Positions 45,604 through 60,360 of a stretch of 64,000 nucleotides of DNA are shown here, piece after piece. This stretch comes from the human T2T-CHM13v2.0 reference genome, Homo sapiens. Location: NCBI RefSeq assembly GCF_009914755.1, contig NC_060930.1. One strand, 5' to 3'. Below the pieces are notes generated by a model. That model ran no database searches, was not told where the DNA came from, and was given only the letters and a program-made list of their open reading frames with translations. The stretch's first letter is position 1. Every line of letters begins with the position of its first letter. The position numbers and the translations under genes were made by a program.

Positions 45604-47705
45604 TAATTTTGTCTCTGGGTTCCTTTGACCACTCCCTCCCCTTTCCTCTCTATCCTTCCTATGGATGGCTAGCTCCCCATCCTGGTTGGCCCAGGTGTTC
45701 TGCACTGTTCCTTGTTGCTTTCCTCAACCCAGCCCACACCTATGCAAACGACCCCTTTGGTAAATGCCTGAACAGTTCGAATGACCCATCTGTTTCCTGC
45801 CAGGACCCAGGTTAACACAGACTGCCTGAGCCAAGCCTTCACAGAAGTGTTCTCCATCCTCAAAACAACTCTCTGAGGGAGGGGATATTATCAGCCCCAT
45901 TGGTGGATGAGGAAACTGAGGTTTAACTTGCCCAAGGTCGAGGAAGTGGCAGAATTTGAACCCAGTTCTGTCTGGCAACAGAGAGAAGCTCTTAATCACT
46001 GCCTTGCCTGCTGGAGAGGAAGAGTGACTCCAGTCCTGGGTACCTTCAGGCACCTCCAGGAAGGGGATGGCCCATCTGTTTGGCAGTCATTGATTAACAA
46101 ACATTTATTGAGCACCTATTATGAGCCAGGCACGTGCTAGATGCTAGGATTTAGAGATAAAAGGTAGCTCCCCTTCCTCTGGAGGAGCCTACAGCTTAGA
46201 CTCCCAGCTTTGCTAGCATGCATGTTAGCATGACCTGGGGAATGAAAAGGAATCAATGCCCTGCTGCCCCACCACCAGCCAATTGAACCAGGGTCTCTGG
46301 TGGTGGAGCCTGAGCATTCCTGAATGAGTGACAAGGTTGAGGGCTTGAGTGGAGGCCGGGCTTGAATGCAATGAGGGGACAGAGAGGTTGACACAATGTG
46401 CGGCTGGGCTGACTGGGGAACACGGGCTGGCCCTGTGGGGTTTGGGAAGATAGAGGCTGGCAGAGGTGAGTGGTCTAGGCTAGGGGAGGAACTGGCCTGC
46501 GAGTTTGCAATTATTTATGCAACAGACATGAAGTGGGCAGCCCCTGAAGCTCAATAAACCCCTGTGTTTTCTGCGTGGAGATGGTCTTTCAGACCCCTAC
46601 ACCACGGGGGCTTCCCTCTGGGGCTCCTAAGAAGGCTGGGCATTGGGGAGCCATCCACACTCCTTCCTGCCCCCTGAAACTGGCGCAAGCTTAAGAAAGC
46701 TTCTGGCTGGGGCCAGGGGCAGGACCAGGGAAGAGAGTATGTCCGCAACATAACCTCCATCAGCCCCCACCACCAAGCATGGACTCCATGGCCCTTACCA
46801 GGTCTTTCCAGTTTCTACCAGGCCCTTTAATGCTCTATCCTGTGGCCCACCTATTGGCAAGAAGAAAGGAATTTTTGAGTAAATGGAACATCCTTTCCCT
46901 CCCTAGAACACCCATGAGGTCAGTCTTGTTCCAGGAGATAAATGAGGTGACTCCCAGGGAGGAGACTCAGCCCCGTCCTCAGGGAGCCGCAGTCTGAGGG
47001 GAGCCACAGCCCTGACTCAGGGAGCCCCAGTCTGAGGGGGACACAGCCCTGCCTTCTACAGCAGTGACCACCCTGTCCCAGTGGAGTCCTACGCCAGCCT
47101 ATCTAGAGGGCTGGAGGCCCTAAAAGAATGGTTGGTGGCCTGAGGCCTGCCCAGGGAGCAGGGTGAAGCCTGACAACGGATCTCTCCATGTCTGTCTCTC
47201 CCTCAGGACTGGGGTAGAAAGGGAAGGAAGAATGGAAGGAGGAATAGCGGGAGACAGGACAGCCTCAGCGCAAACTTTCATTTCCTTCCCACCAGAGGTC
47301 AGTCCTGACTTTGGCTGTTCTTCTGGGTACCCTCTTCCCTTCCCCCTCACCACCCATGGCCCTTCTCCCCTCATGACAGGTTAGTTACACACCAGGTCCC
47401 TCCTCCTCCCCGGGGTGAGGCCTGGAGGCCTTGAGTCAATCCCTTTCCCTGACACCCTGACCCCTCCCCCGCACCCACCGTGTTGCAGGGACTCCAGCAG
47501 CTGATGATCATTGAGCCCATAGCCTGTGCCTGGGGCTGTTTGAAACCTTGTCCATGGGATTGTTTAATCCTAACAACAGCACTAGGAGGTGGCTGCTATG
47601 ATTTTTTTAACAACTAGTAATCAATGAATTAAAATAGTTGACCTAAGCATCTGCAATGGTGACTTCAGCCTTCACTCCTGGGCACATTACTAATGGAAGT
47701 AATGA

Positions 47706-48123
<418 letters not shown>

Positions 48124-48337
48124 CACCACAAGTTTTTCTCAGGGTGATTCTCAAAGTCCTGGGAGGCATCAGAATTGGTCCTGTCACTTTTGAGAGTTCT
48201 TTCCTTGGGGCCTCTGATCAAGTCAGCACACACCTCCAGGGATTTTTCTTTGCAGCTGGTTAGGGTAATTCTAATTCGGTGATTTGCCACCTCTGGCTCC
48301 ATGAGTGTTTCTCTGGTGTCCTTAAAAGCCACAGCTG

Positions 48338-48646
48338 GGCCGGGCGCGGGGGCTCGTGGCTGTAATCCCAGCACTTTGGGAGGCCAAGGTGGGTGGATCA
48401 CTTGAGGTCAGGGATTCAGGACCAGCCTGGCCAACATGGTGAAACCCTATCTCTACTAAAAATACAAAAATTAGCTGGGCATGTTGGCAGGTGCCTGTAA
48501 TTCCAGCTACTCAGGAGGCTGAGGCAGGTGAATGGCTTGAAACTGGGAGGTGGAGGTTGCAGTGGGCTGAGATTGTGCCACTGCACTCTGGCCTGGGCAA
48601 CAGAGCAAGGCTGCGTCTCAAAAAAACAAAACAAAACAAAAAAACA
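48338..48646 (+). mobile_element. AluS inserted at the RPS20 pseudogene start codon
   Basis: TSD core ccacagctg (48329-48337 / 48647-48655) next to the TT/AAAA site 'cttaaaag'. Confidence 0.96.
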
Positions 48647-49419
48647 CCACAGCTGCAGTGCAGCTTCCTGACCAACTTGTTTCTTGGTGAGTGAACAGCG
48701 GTGACTTGCAGCAGGAACTGGCGGACCAGAGCTCCGTAGCACCCATAACCTCATCTTCCTGAAAAAGAGGCTTCTATTATTATCTTCATCGTATAGATGA
48801 GGAAACAGAGGCACAGAGAGGCTAAGCGACTTACCCAAGGTTGCAGAGCTGGTAAGCTCTGGAGGTTGAACACAGGCAGTCTGGGCAGAGTGCCTGCTCA
48901 CTGTCCTGCCTCTCCTTGGAAGTTTGCCAGTTGGATGAGGTGCTGAGGGGAGGCCAAGGCTTGGAGGGATGGAGTTGACGGAAGCAGGAAGGAAGGAACT
49001 CGAGCTGGAACTTGTTCTGAGGAGTGTTCGCATATTCTTCTGCTGGAGACTGAGGGGTTGGGGGTTGAGGCTGCTCTGGCCTGGTGTGGACAAGCAGCAG
49101 CACAGGTTGTAAATTAACCACCCTCTGAGGCTGGTGGGTCCAACCAGCCTTGCACAGATGGCAGCCCACGATCAGGGCAGAAAAATCTAGCTCAGCTGCA
49201 TCTGGAGCCAGGGTTAGCCTCCCTTCTGCCCCTCTCCTGGAGGGGAAGACGAGTCATACTGGCTTCAAGTTGCCCTGGGATGGGCCAAGAGGAGTGGACT
49301 AATCCTCCTCAGACAGCTCTCTGGCCATTCACCTAGCCCCTACCCCACAGCTGAGTCTGTAGGAGACTAAACCGCCACCCACCCAGATGCCACCATTAGC
49401 ATCTAGCTAATTTTCATGT

Positions 49420-52400
49420 ACTAGTTTATTTAATCCTCACAACAGCCCTCTGTGGTGGGGACTGTTTTTATCCTTGTTCTACTATAGGTTCAGAGAGGTT
49501 GAGTCACTTGTCCAAGGTCACACAGCTCCAGCTAACTCTGGAACCAGTGTTCCTGACCACTAGGCACTTACCTCTGCATCCCGCAGCCTTGTCGAGCCAG
49601 TTCACGCAGCTGGGATTGGGCCTCAGGTTTTTCTCTTGAGTCTCCTGGCCCACATGGGAACAGAGCGCTGAGTTTGGGGTCCTGGCTTTGTGTCCAGCTC
49701 TGCACCCTGCTCCCCATCTTGCTCCCCTCAGGGACTGGTTGTGGTGTGTCCTCAGATGTCTGCATCTGGGTCTGCAGGTGCCTGAAACAGCCTGGCATGG
49801 TGGTTCAGAGCTTGGGCACTGGACTGCCCATATACCAGCCCTGCTATGTGGTCCTGGGCAAGTTACCTAGCCTCTCTGGGCTTCAGTTTCCATTCCTGCC
49901 AGGTGGGGATAATAATCTCTGATGGGGCGGCCCAGGTGTCTGAATTTTTTAATCAGCACCCTAGGTGGATCTGATATCCATGAAAGTCTGAAACCTCTAC
50001 GGAGGGGAGGGTCATAGAATTTTCTGGATGCTGGTCAGGGGGGAGCAGATCTACTAACCCTAAGATTCTCTGACCTCTCACCCTCTATCCTCAACAGGGC
50101 ACTAGGATCCCCCTCTCCCCACTGCAGTGCTGGCCTGTGAGTTGAACTTTCCACAATTGCCCAAACCTCTCCTATATGACAAGGAGCCCTCAGCCATTCT
50201 GGCCACAGCACCCAGTCCCTCTCCTTAGGAAGCAGGTACAATCCGTCTAACACAGCCTTGCAGGAGGGTGAGTGGGCGTGGGTGTGCGTGTGCATCTCTG
50301 TATGTGGGGGTCTGTTTCTGCGTGTGTATCTCTGTGTCTCTGCACCTGTGTGTGTCCCTGTATCTGTGCACACGCCCTCTCAGCAGCAGCGTCTGGTGAT
50401 GAAGCAGTTGGGGCTGGTGCTTCTGCTGGGAGTGGCGGCAGCTCCCTTCCACAGCTCAGAGCCCTCTTGGCCCCCTGGCTCCCCACATCCCAGGGGCCTG
50501 CACACCTGGTTTCTGGCTTCTGAGCCCTCCTAAGCTGAGGCTGCTTTCCCTTAATTATTTCCTGCCTGAGTCCTGGAGCAGCATCTTTAACTATTTACTG
50601 CACAGAGTGCAGGCTGAGGCGGCAGAGCTGGGAGCCGCAGAGGCCACTCGAGCGGGCTGAGGTCCTGGAGCAGAGTGGAAGGACCACAGAGTCCACATTT
50701 GGGACCTGCCTCCTGTCTGGTATGAGCTGTGTGACTTTGGGGCCCTCCTTGAGCTTCAGTATCATCGTCTTTAAAATGGGGACATTAATAACTATGTCAT
50801 GGGTTGTTATGAGGAAATGAGAGTTCAGAGCCCATGGTCTCATCGGGGAGATCAAATCATCAAATTATAACACAACGTGCAGTGAGGGCCAAACTGTTAA
50901 TAATAATCATAAGCGACTTTTACTGAGGGTTTCCTCAGCGTCACACACTGGGCTAAGCACATTACAAGCCCTCACTTGATCCCCGCATCGACCCCATGAG
51001 TTGGCCTCTATTATTTCTCTGTTTTACAGATGATGCCACCAAGACCCTGATATGTGAGATGACTTGCCCAAGGTCCCACAGCCAGTAATTTGAATGCAGG
51101 CAGTCAAACCAAGGAGGAAGCAGGGAGCAGCTGTGCCTGGATGGGCGAGGGTGGAGGACTGCACAGGTCAGGGAGCTCGTTCTGGCTCCTGCCAGGGGAG
51201 TCGGGTGAGAGCAAAGGTCCAGAGACTGTGGGGTAGGGGTGGCCCCGCGTCCCAGTGGGGTGGGCTGTGGCTCCTCATCAGGAGAGACTGGTTGTGGTCC
51301 TGAGCATCCCTCGTTGCTGAGGGTAATAAACCTGCCTCTTTACCCCCTCCAAAGAGGCCGTTTTGTTACTCCTCGGTTCTCCCAGCACCATAGCGCTAAT
51401 AAGCCCCATCTTTATGGCCAACAGCAGACACATTGAGCTGGTTAGGGATGCTCCCTCGCCTGGTGTTTGCCCAGCATCTAAGAGGAGGCCTGGGCCCTAT
51501 TCTTACTCCTCTGTAGCGGAGCTGAGCGCCTTCTTTCTTTTTTAATAGTTCCACTCCAGGAGCCGAGTCCCCTAGTCTCTTTTCCAATCTTTGGTTACAA
51601 CACTTTATTAATTCTACAGCCATGCAGTGTGTGAAAGGTCTCCTGGTTCCTGGGAGTGTTGGCTGTGATGACATCATCCTAGAAGTCACTGACTGGATTG
51701 GCAATGGGGCTGATGCTGAGTGCCTGGCACGCTATGTGCTGGGCACTGGGCTACACAACGGACACTGAATACTTTCCATAGACAACCCTGCACGATGCAT
51801 GACCTTGGGCAAGTTACTTGACCTTTGTGGGCCTCAGTTGCCTTATCAGTAAATTGGGGATAATAATAGGACTCACTTCCCAGGAATAAATGACTTTCTC
51901 CAAGTAAAGCAACTTAAAGTATTGATATCTCCACAGACCAAGCCCTATAGAGGCGATGGGGATAAGGCTTGGGGGCTAGAGATCCTGCCCAGGTTTTAGC
52001 CACGATTTAAATCCAGGCCTCTCTGGCTCCTAAACTCATCCTTATTTCACCACATTTTGTTGGCATCCAATCCAAGGTCTTCCTTCTCTGGGAAAGGCAA
52101 AACCCAGCCTGGAGGGGTGCAAAGCAAAGGCAAAACTCAGCCCGGAGCCACTTCCCCAAGAGCACACAGCAGCAAGCTAGGAGGCCGTGTGGGACAGTGC
52201 CCTGCATGGGGAACAGCCACTTCCCCTCTATGGGTCTCAGTTTCCTCACCTGTAGAATGGGTGAAGGGGTTGGTTGGACTTGAAGGGCTCTAAGGCACTG
52301 CTGGTTCCATATTTGAGTGGTAGAGCCTGAACTTAAATAACAGAGATTTGTCATGGTAGAAGGAGCCATAAAGCTCAGCCCATTGAAACTGCTGGTCCCA

Positions 52401-52780
52401 GAGCTCTGCACACTCCACAGACCCACTGTGTTTGGCTTGCAGAGCATTTTTAGAATTTACATTTGAATTTGTTTACACAGGCTGCTGTCTCCGGGTTCCA
52501 CAGCTGGCTCCGCTCCCTAAAGCCTCACACCAGGTCTCCTTACACCCTTCGCACCCTTATCTCCTTGGTCCCTGATCTGGTTCAAAACTCCTCATTGCTC
52601 AGAAACTAATAATTGTTATTGTTATGGAGCTCTTCCTGTGGGTCAGACGCTGTTCTAAGCCCATTCATATGATCTAACTCATCTAACCCTCATAGCATGC
52701 CTCTATGCAGGTATCATTATGAGCCCATTTTACAGATGAGGAACACAAGGCTCGGGGCAGTTAAGCAATTTGCCTAACAC
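49420..52780. mobile_element. Cluster of MIR fragments (~49420-49560, 49790-49920, 50700-50830, 50900-51110, 51795-51900, 52600-52780)
   Basis: Repeated MIR cores such as 'gaccttgggcaagttacttgacc' and 'cccattttacagatgaggaa'. Confidence 0.7.
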
Positions 52781-53656
52781 CCTAGGGCAGGACCAAGGCC
52801 AGAGAAGGAGCATAATTTACCAAATTGGCAAAATAGATTATCCTGATTCACTGTGCAGTGCTCTGTGCATAAAACAGCCTCAGCCAGGGCAGGCATTTTT
52901 GGGGGGCTCCCTCTGGCCCTGCCCTTTGGGGTATGGTAGAAGGAAGGAGAAGAAAAGTTGTGTCCCCCAGTTCCACACTCTTTCCACCAGACAATAACCA
53001 CCCTCTACCCCGCCCAGTCTCTCTGGGAGTCCGATATCCTAGCGGCTGCAGAGGATCAAAACAGCGAGTTAAAAGCGAAAACCCGCAGCATTTTCTTCAC
53101 ATTTCCCTCTGCCTCTTGAGGAAGAAGGCGCAAGTGTTTGCAGGAGCTTTCAAGTTCTCAGGAACAGAAATGAAATGCTCTCATGGCTCTTCCTCTACGT
53201 TTGAGGCCCTCGGTGCAAAGTGCTATTATTAGCATTGCCTTCAACTATCTTCCAAACAGGCTTCCCCTGGAAGAAGTAATTAAATGCATTATTCTATGCA
53301 AAATAAAAGCACGTATCCACATTTGCAGCCTCTGACACCATCCCAAACATTTTGTGATTTTTACAGTTGGGAGGCTTTTCGGTTGCATCCCATCCAAAGA
53401 GGGCAATTCGCCCTGGCACAGGGCCCACGGAGGGTAGAGGGCAGGCCCTGGTGAGAGCCTAGCAGTTGGATGAGGTGGTTTGTTTATGAATTTTGAGGCT
53501 GGAGATTGGGGCCATGTGAGAAATGGAAGGATTGAAGTATCTGAGCCAGGCAGGGCTGAGCCAAATCCCTTCAGACCAGATGGAGAATGAGGATTGGAGG
53601 GGTTGGCCACCAGCCCCCAGGTGACCCAGCCTTGGGAGATGCCCTGTCTCCTCTGA

Positions 53657-54072
<416 letters not shown>

Positions 54073-54294
54073 TAATTCCTCCCTCTCCTTTAGCCTCCAT
54101 AGCAAATCTGTTTCCTAGCCTTGCTTGTTTGATTTACTCAACAGTTTCAAATGCATCTGCTTTTCTCCCTGGACGCCAGGGCCTTAGTGTGGTCCCACTG
54201 TAACAGGAGAGCAGTGGCTAAGGGCACAAGGCTGTGGGGTAGGAGCTGGGGTCTGAATCTTGGCTTTACTGTTACTTGCACTGTGACCTTGGAC

Positions 54295-54444
54295 TAGGGT
54301 TGCTAGATTCAGGAAGTCAAAAATATAAGATGCCCATTTGAATTTAATATGCAGTGTTTGGGATATATTTATGCTTTAAAAAATTCCTTGCTTATCTGAA
54401 ATTCAAATGTAACTGCTCATTCTGTATTTTATCTGGCAACCCTA
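54295..54444. mobile_element. MER53 hAT MITE (internally deleted) inserted in a MIR
   Basis: TIRs tagggttgctagat / atctggcaacccta; perfect 8-bp TSD ccttggac (54287-54294 / 54445-54452). Confidence 0.9.
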
Positions 54445-54896
54445 CCTTGGACAAATTCTTTAACTTCTCAGTTCCCATGTCTATAAAATAGGGATAATAA
54501 TAGCACCTACTTCAAAGGTGGTTCTGAGGGTTAAATGAGTTAAAAATATAAAATGCTTAGAACAGGATGATAATGACCATCTCACTTAATTAGTGTATTA
54601 AGAAGTGCTTCATACTTGAAAAATGCCTTGCAAATGCTATTGATGTGTTATTTTTGCTGTATCTTTCCTCTCCCCTGACTTCATCAGAGGCAGCAAACCA
54701 GCAAAGTGTGGGTGAGGGAGAAAGAGGTTAGACCTAAGGGGAATTTCCTGGCAGGAAGGATCAGTCACATCCCTCCTGCACAGGAGCCCCAAAACTTGAA
54801 GATGCTGCAGCTGGTGACATGTGGGCTGGGGAGATGGGTGGCAGGGCTGTAGCATGCAGACAGTGACAAGCTCTCTAGGACAATGAGAATGAATGA

Positions 54897-55275
<379 letters not shown>

Positions 55276-57226
55276 GGACTCTATTTATATAAAGTTCAGA
55301 AACAGGGAAAACTGAAGCACGTTGTTGAGGGAACACACAGAGAAAGGTAGGAAGCGACTGCCTGGGACCTCTGGGGAAGAGAAGGTCAACGGGAAGGGAT
55401 CCGCAAGCTGCTGGGTGCTGGTGAGGTTCTGGTCTGTGACTGAGGTGGTGGCTACTCTGCTTTGAAATAATGTGTTAATGAAACATTTGTTTCATGCCCT
55501 TTTCTGGACGTGAGATTTATTCCACAATGCTAAAAGGTTACAGGAGAGGGAAGAGGGTCACGCTTGGGAAGCACCTAAAGCTCACCTTCTTCCTGGAAGG
55601 CACCTGAAGTTCTACCTTCTTCTAGAGAAGGGCCTCCAGGGAAGAGGTGGAAGCCGACCTTTCCGTGCCCCCAAAGTTAGAAAATGAAGCTAGACAGCGG
55701 GGCAGCCTGCGTGATGCCGGCCTGAGTCAGACTCATTAAGATTCCTTCTCAATCTACCCTGGGGTCCACAGGGCAAAGAGAAACCTGTGAACCATGCAGG
55801 CAACTGGGTTGAGAGAGAAAGATTGGCAGGGAGGGGGGAGAGAGGTGGAGGTGGGGAGGAAGACAGGTGGGGTGGCGGGGAGATGGAATGGGGAAGAGAG
55901 AGGGGGAGAGAGGCTGAGGACCCCAGGCCAGTGCACCAGGTCTGGATTCTTTAGCCAGTCCATTCTAATGACAGCTCTTCAGTGCGCCCCTCCCTGCTTC
56001 CCCCCAGGAGCAAGGATAATTACTGGAGATAATGATCACTTAGGGGGCAGGGGGCACTTTTCATTAACCCCAGACCTGGTATCCAACTGCCCTTCCCGAG
56101 GAGTCTGCCCCTCACCCCATCCTGCAGGGCCCACTCCTGCTAGCCCCCACCTTGGGCCGTGCCACTGGCAAGTCCCTGTGCCTGTCTTCACCTTAATTCC
56201 TGGGTGAGTGACATTTAAGGGCAAGCTCTTCACTGGGCCATAACAATTTACAAGCCAGGCAGTGGTGGGTTGTTCTGAGGCCCGCGGGGAGCGGTGGCCC
56301 TTTATCATCTGCCGGGGCGAGGGGGCCAAGTGATGCATGGCTCCTCCTTAAAGCCCCACCAACAACACCGGGGAAGTAAAACATTTTAGCAACCCATTCA
56401 CTTTTCATTTCCCAAGCCACCCTCCGTGTCAGGAAAGCCACTCCTGACTTAGGGCAGCTGGGAAGCACAGAGGCCTTTACGTGTCTTATTTATATCTTCC
56501 CGTCCCTCCCTCGGGGCACTGTCTAGGGCAGGAAGCCAGCAGGGCTTCACGCCGCCATCCCCTTCATGCTCCCTGAGCTGCTCCCCATCTCGCCCCTGAG
56601 AACAGGCAACCCAGAACCATCTCTTGCTGGGGTTTACAAAGTGCTTTCATTCACCCACCGCATCTTCACTGAGCTCCTCAATCGCTCAAGGTCTGTCAGT
56701 AGTAAGTGCAGAGGCTGGATTTGAACTTGGGTATCTGGGGCACATTTAAAGCCAGACCTTCCCACAAAGAGGTGAGACCAAGCAGGGGGAGCTCAGGGGA
56801 GGTGACCTAGGGTTGGCCCTGAAGCCAGCAGGGGTGTGGAACGGGGATGCCCAGTGGCCCTCCCTGGGAGACAAGTCATTTTTGCAGGAGAAGGTGGGGT
56901 GGGTGGGGAGACGGAGTCACCGTTCTTTCTCATCTCAAGCTTCACTACTGTGAGGCTCTGAGATTTTCTCTTTCCATTTGTGCCTCTCTCTGGCTTGTCC
57001 TCTCTCCCCTGTCTTTTCTTTCTCTCCCTCACCACGCCCCTACTTCCTCCTTTTTGTCTGTCTCCATCTCTCGGGCATTTTCTAGAGAAACAACCCGGTG
57101 AGCTGGGAAGAGAAAGTGACGTGGCCTTGGCCTGCGAGCACCCAGCTTCACAGCCAGCTGTGCCACCGCCGGCTGAGTCTGGACATCTCTGAGCTTCTTC
57201 CGTTTCTCACGTGTAAAATGGGTCTA

Positions 57227-57265
57227 GGCCTGGCGTGGTGGCTCACGCCTGTAATCTCAGCACTC
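57227..57265 (+). mobile_element. Alu 5' stub (39 bp)
   Basis: ggcctggcgtggtggctcacgcctgtaatctcagcact, then non-Alu sequence. Confidence 0.85.
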
Positions 57266-57341
57266 TCAAATGAGTATGGGACCCTGGAAAGTCCTGGAAG
57301 TCTCCTTCTTCTCGAGAACTTTTAACATCAAGAAAAGCCCT

Positions 57342-57971
<630 letters not shown>

Positions 57972-59329
57972 TCAAGGGGGCAGAGCCAGAGGAGGGAGGG
58001 AGCCAGGGGAGGCCACCCTGACAGCAGTGCTGGCGCTGGACTGTGACTGAGCAGGAAATGAACTTTCACAGGCTGAGCCACTGAGATGGGGCTAGCCTCT
58101 TACAGCAGTGGCTTTACCTCTTCTTTTTTCCATCCCTCCCTGGCAACTGTCTTGATCCCCGTCCGGCTGTCCAGGCCTCATGATCTGGAGGGAGGGCGTC
58201 CCGTTCCCTCTGACCTAGGCCCTTGCCCTGACTCCACGGTGGGCCAGATGCGGCCATCTTGGCCATCAGGCTCAGGGCAGACTGGGGCCTTCTTTCCAGG
58301 TGCCAAGCGCAGTCCCCACCTCAGTGGATGCTGACAGGACGCTCTGGTGGCCCAGGAGGTCTTGCTTAGTCATACGATCCTCTGTGGATTAGTGTATGGG
58401 GACCCAAGCCACATGGGACTTTAGAAATCCCCCTTTCCCTCAGGAGCACCCGGGGAAAGAGAAGCTACCATCCGTCAGTGCAGTTAGCCTCGGCCCCACA
58501 TCCTCTCTGACCCTGGCTTTTGTCTTCCGGGGGCTCTGTGGGCCTCCTTGTGCAGCCTCCCCATGGTGCTGGGCTGGGGCCTCCTGCATTTTCATGGTTT
58601 CTGTGACCCTGCCTTCTCCCAAGGCCTCCCTTAACCTCTGCCTTGCTTCCCCTGACCTTTCCCTACCTCTCCCTGACTTCTCAGCTCTGTTCCCTGCAGC
58701 CCGCTCCAGGTCCTCCCTAGGGGATGCTGTGGCACAGACGCCTATGTCTTCCTCCGAATAGAAGCACAGCCAGAGACTCAAAGAGGTCATCTCCAGGGGT
58801 GAGCTTTCTCTTTGCCTCTGTCTTAGCAGAACATGAAGTCCCTGGAGGGAGACCATGGCAAATCGGATAAAAATCTCTCTGTGGCAGATTCACTTTCCTG
58901 GGATTAGCCCGACTCTCACGCTGGCCCTCCCCAGATGGACTCTGCCCTGAGTCATTGGTACCTGATGGCAGAGTGGGCGGCAGCTTTCCTCCCCTGATCT
59001 TCTCTCCCAGTCCCTGCCTCATCACCCTGAGTCCTCAGCACACTCTCTACCCCTGAGCCCACCCTCTCCCAACTTGAAGCTCCCGATCCTCTGCCACCAA
59101 ACCATGACCCTGCCCTTCCTTCTGAACTCTGAGTGGCATTAATTGCCTCAAAACATTTCTTAGGCTAATCTCCCAGACTCTGGTCCCTGTACTCTTCTTT
59201 TGACAAGGCGAGGGCTCAGCTCCAATTATCCTGAGGCGGTGTTGAGGGGGTGGACATTGGAACAACTCTTCTGCCTCTAATCAGCTACCTGAGCAGCACA
59301 GGTGAGTGATTCACCTGAAGATTCTAAGC

Positions 59330-60360
59330 CAGCAGCATAGCCTCTGCTCTAAGGGACCTCATGCAGGAAACAGACAGACAAGGGCCGTGAAGTATTCTGG
59401 TACATGTGGTACTGTGAGGCCCAAAGGAGAATGGCCAGTTTCACTGGGGAGGGGCCGGGCTCAGCAAAAACCTCACTAAGAAGAGGGAGCGTGGAGCTAA
59501 GTCTTGAAGGATGGCTAGGTGTTCAGTAAATGGAGGAGACAGCGGTGGGGAGGGTGTTTCAGACAGACGGCACAGCCACTGCAAGGCCCTGGAGGGAGCA
59601 TTGAGTCCCACACATGGAAGGGCCAGAGGGAGGAGATGGGGAACAGACAGGGTGAGAGGGCCTTGCCTCCCTGCTGAGGGGTCTGGCCTTTATCCTGAGG
59701 GTGGTGGGAGCTGCTGAGGGAGTTAACCCAAGGAGTGACCTGATCAGATTCGTTGGTTTCCTCTGCCCCGAGGTCTTCTTACTTCTATCCCAACAACTGA
59801 GCTAGCCTCCCGCCCCCAGCTCGGGCCGGCACACCGTAGGTGCCCAGCATGAGTGCGTGGACACCACTCGTGTCTCTCACCATTGTCCCTAAAATCAAGC
59901 CCACAGTCCATGGAGGCTTGCCCTGCCAGCTCCTGAACAGCCGGCTGACCCACTCCGACGCCGCGGGCTCACCTTGGAGTAGTGCCCAAGCTGGGTGTCG
60001 CTTTATGAATTGGGCTGTTTTTGCCACCTGGGCTGGTGTCCCCACTCCCCACCCCATGCCACCCCCACTTTTCCTCTTACCTGGCTCTTTCTCATCTGGA
60101 AGGTCTTGGCCACAGTATCACCTACTTGGAGAGACTTTCCTGAGTGTAAAGAAGCCCCCACCGCCAAGATTCTCCCACGATGACGCCCTTTTACTTTGTA
60201 GCACCGAACCTGGTTTGTTGTTATATAATTGTGGTTTGTTTGTGGTCTGTCTCCTCCATTAGGCTAAAACCTACAGGGCACATGGCTTTTGTCTTCCACT
60301 GTGTCTTGGGGCCTGGCACAGGGTAGGGTACCAGGACCATGTGTTGAAGGAATGAATGAG
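59330..60360. mobile_element. L2 fragments (~59330-59750 and ~60090-60360)
   Basis: 'gagctaagtcttgaaggatgg' and tail 'tgttgaaggaatgaatga'. Confidence 0.55.
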
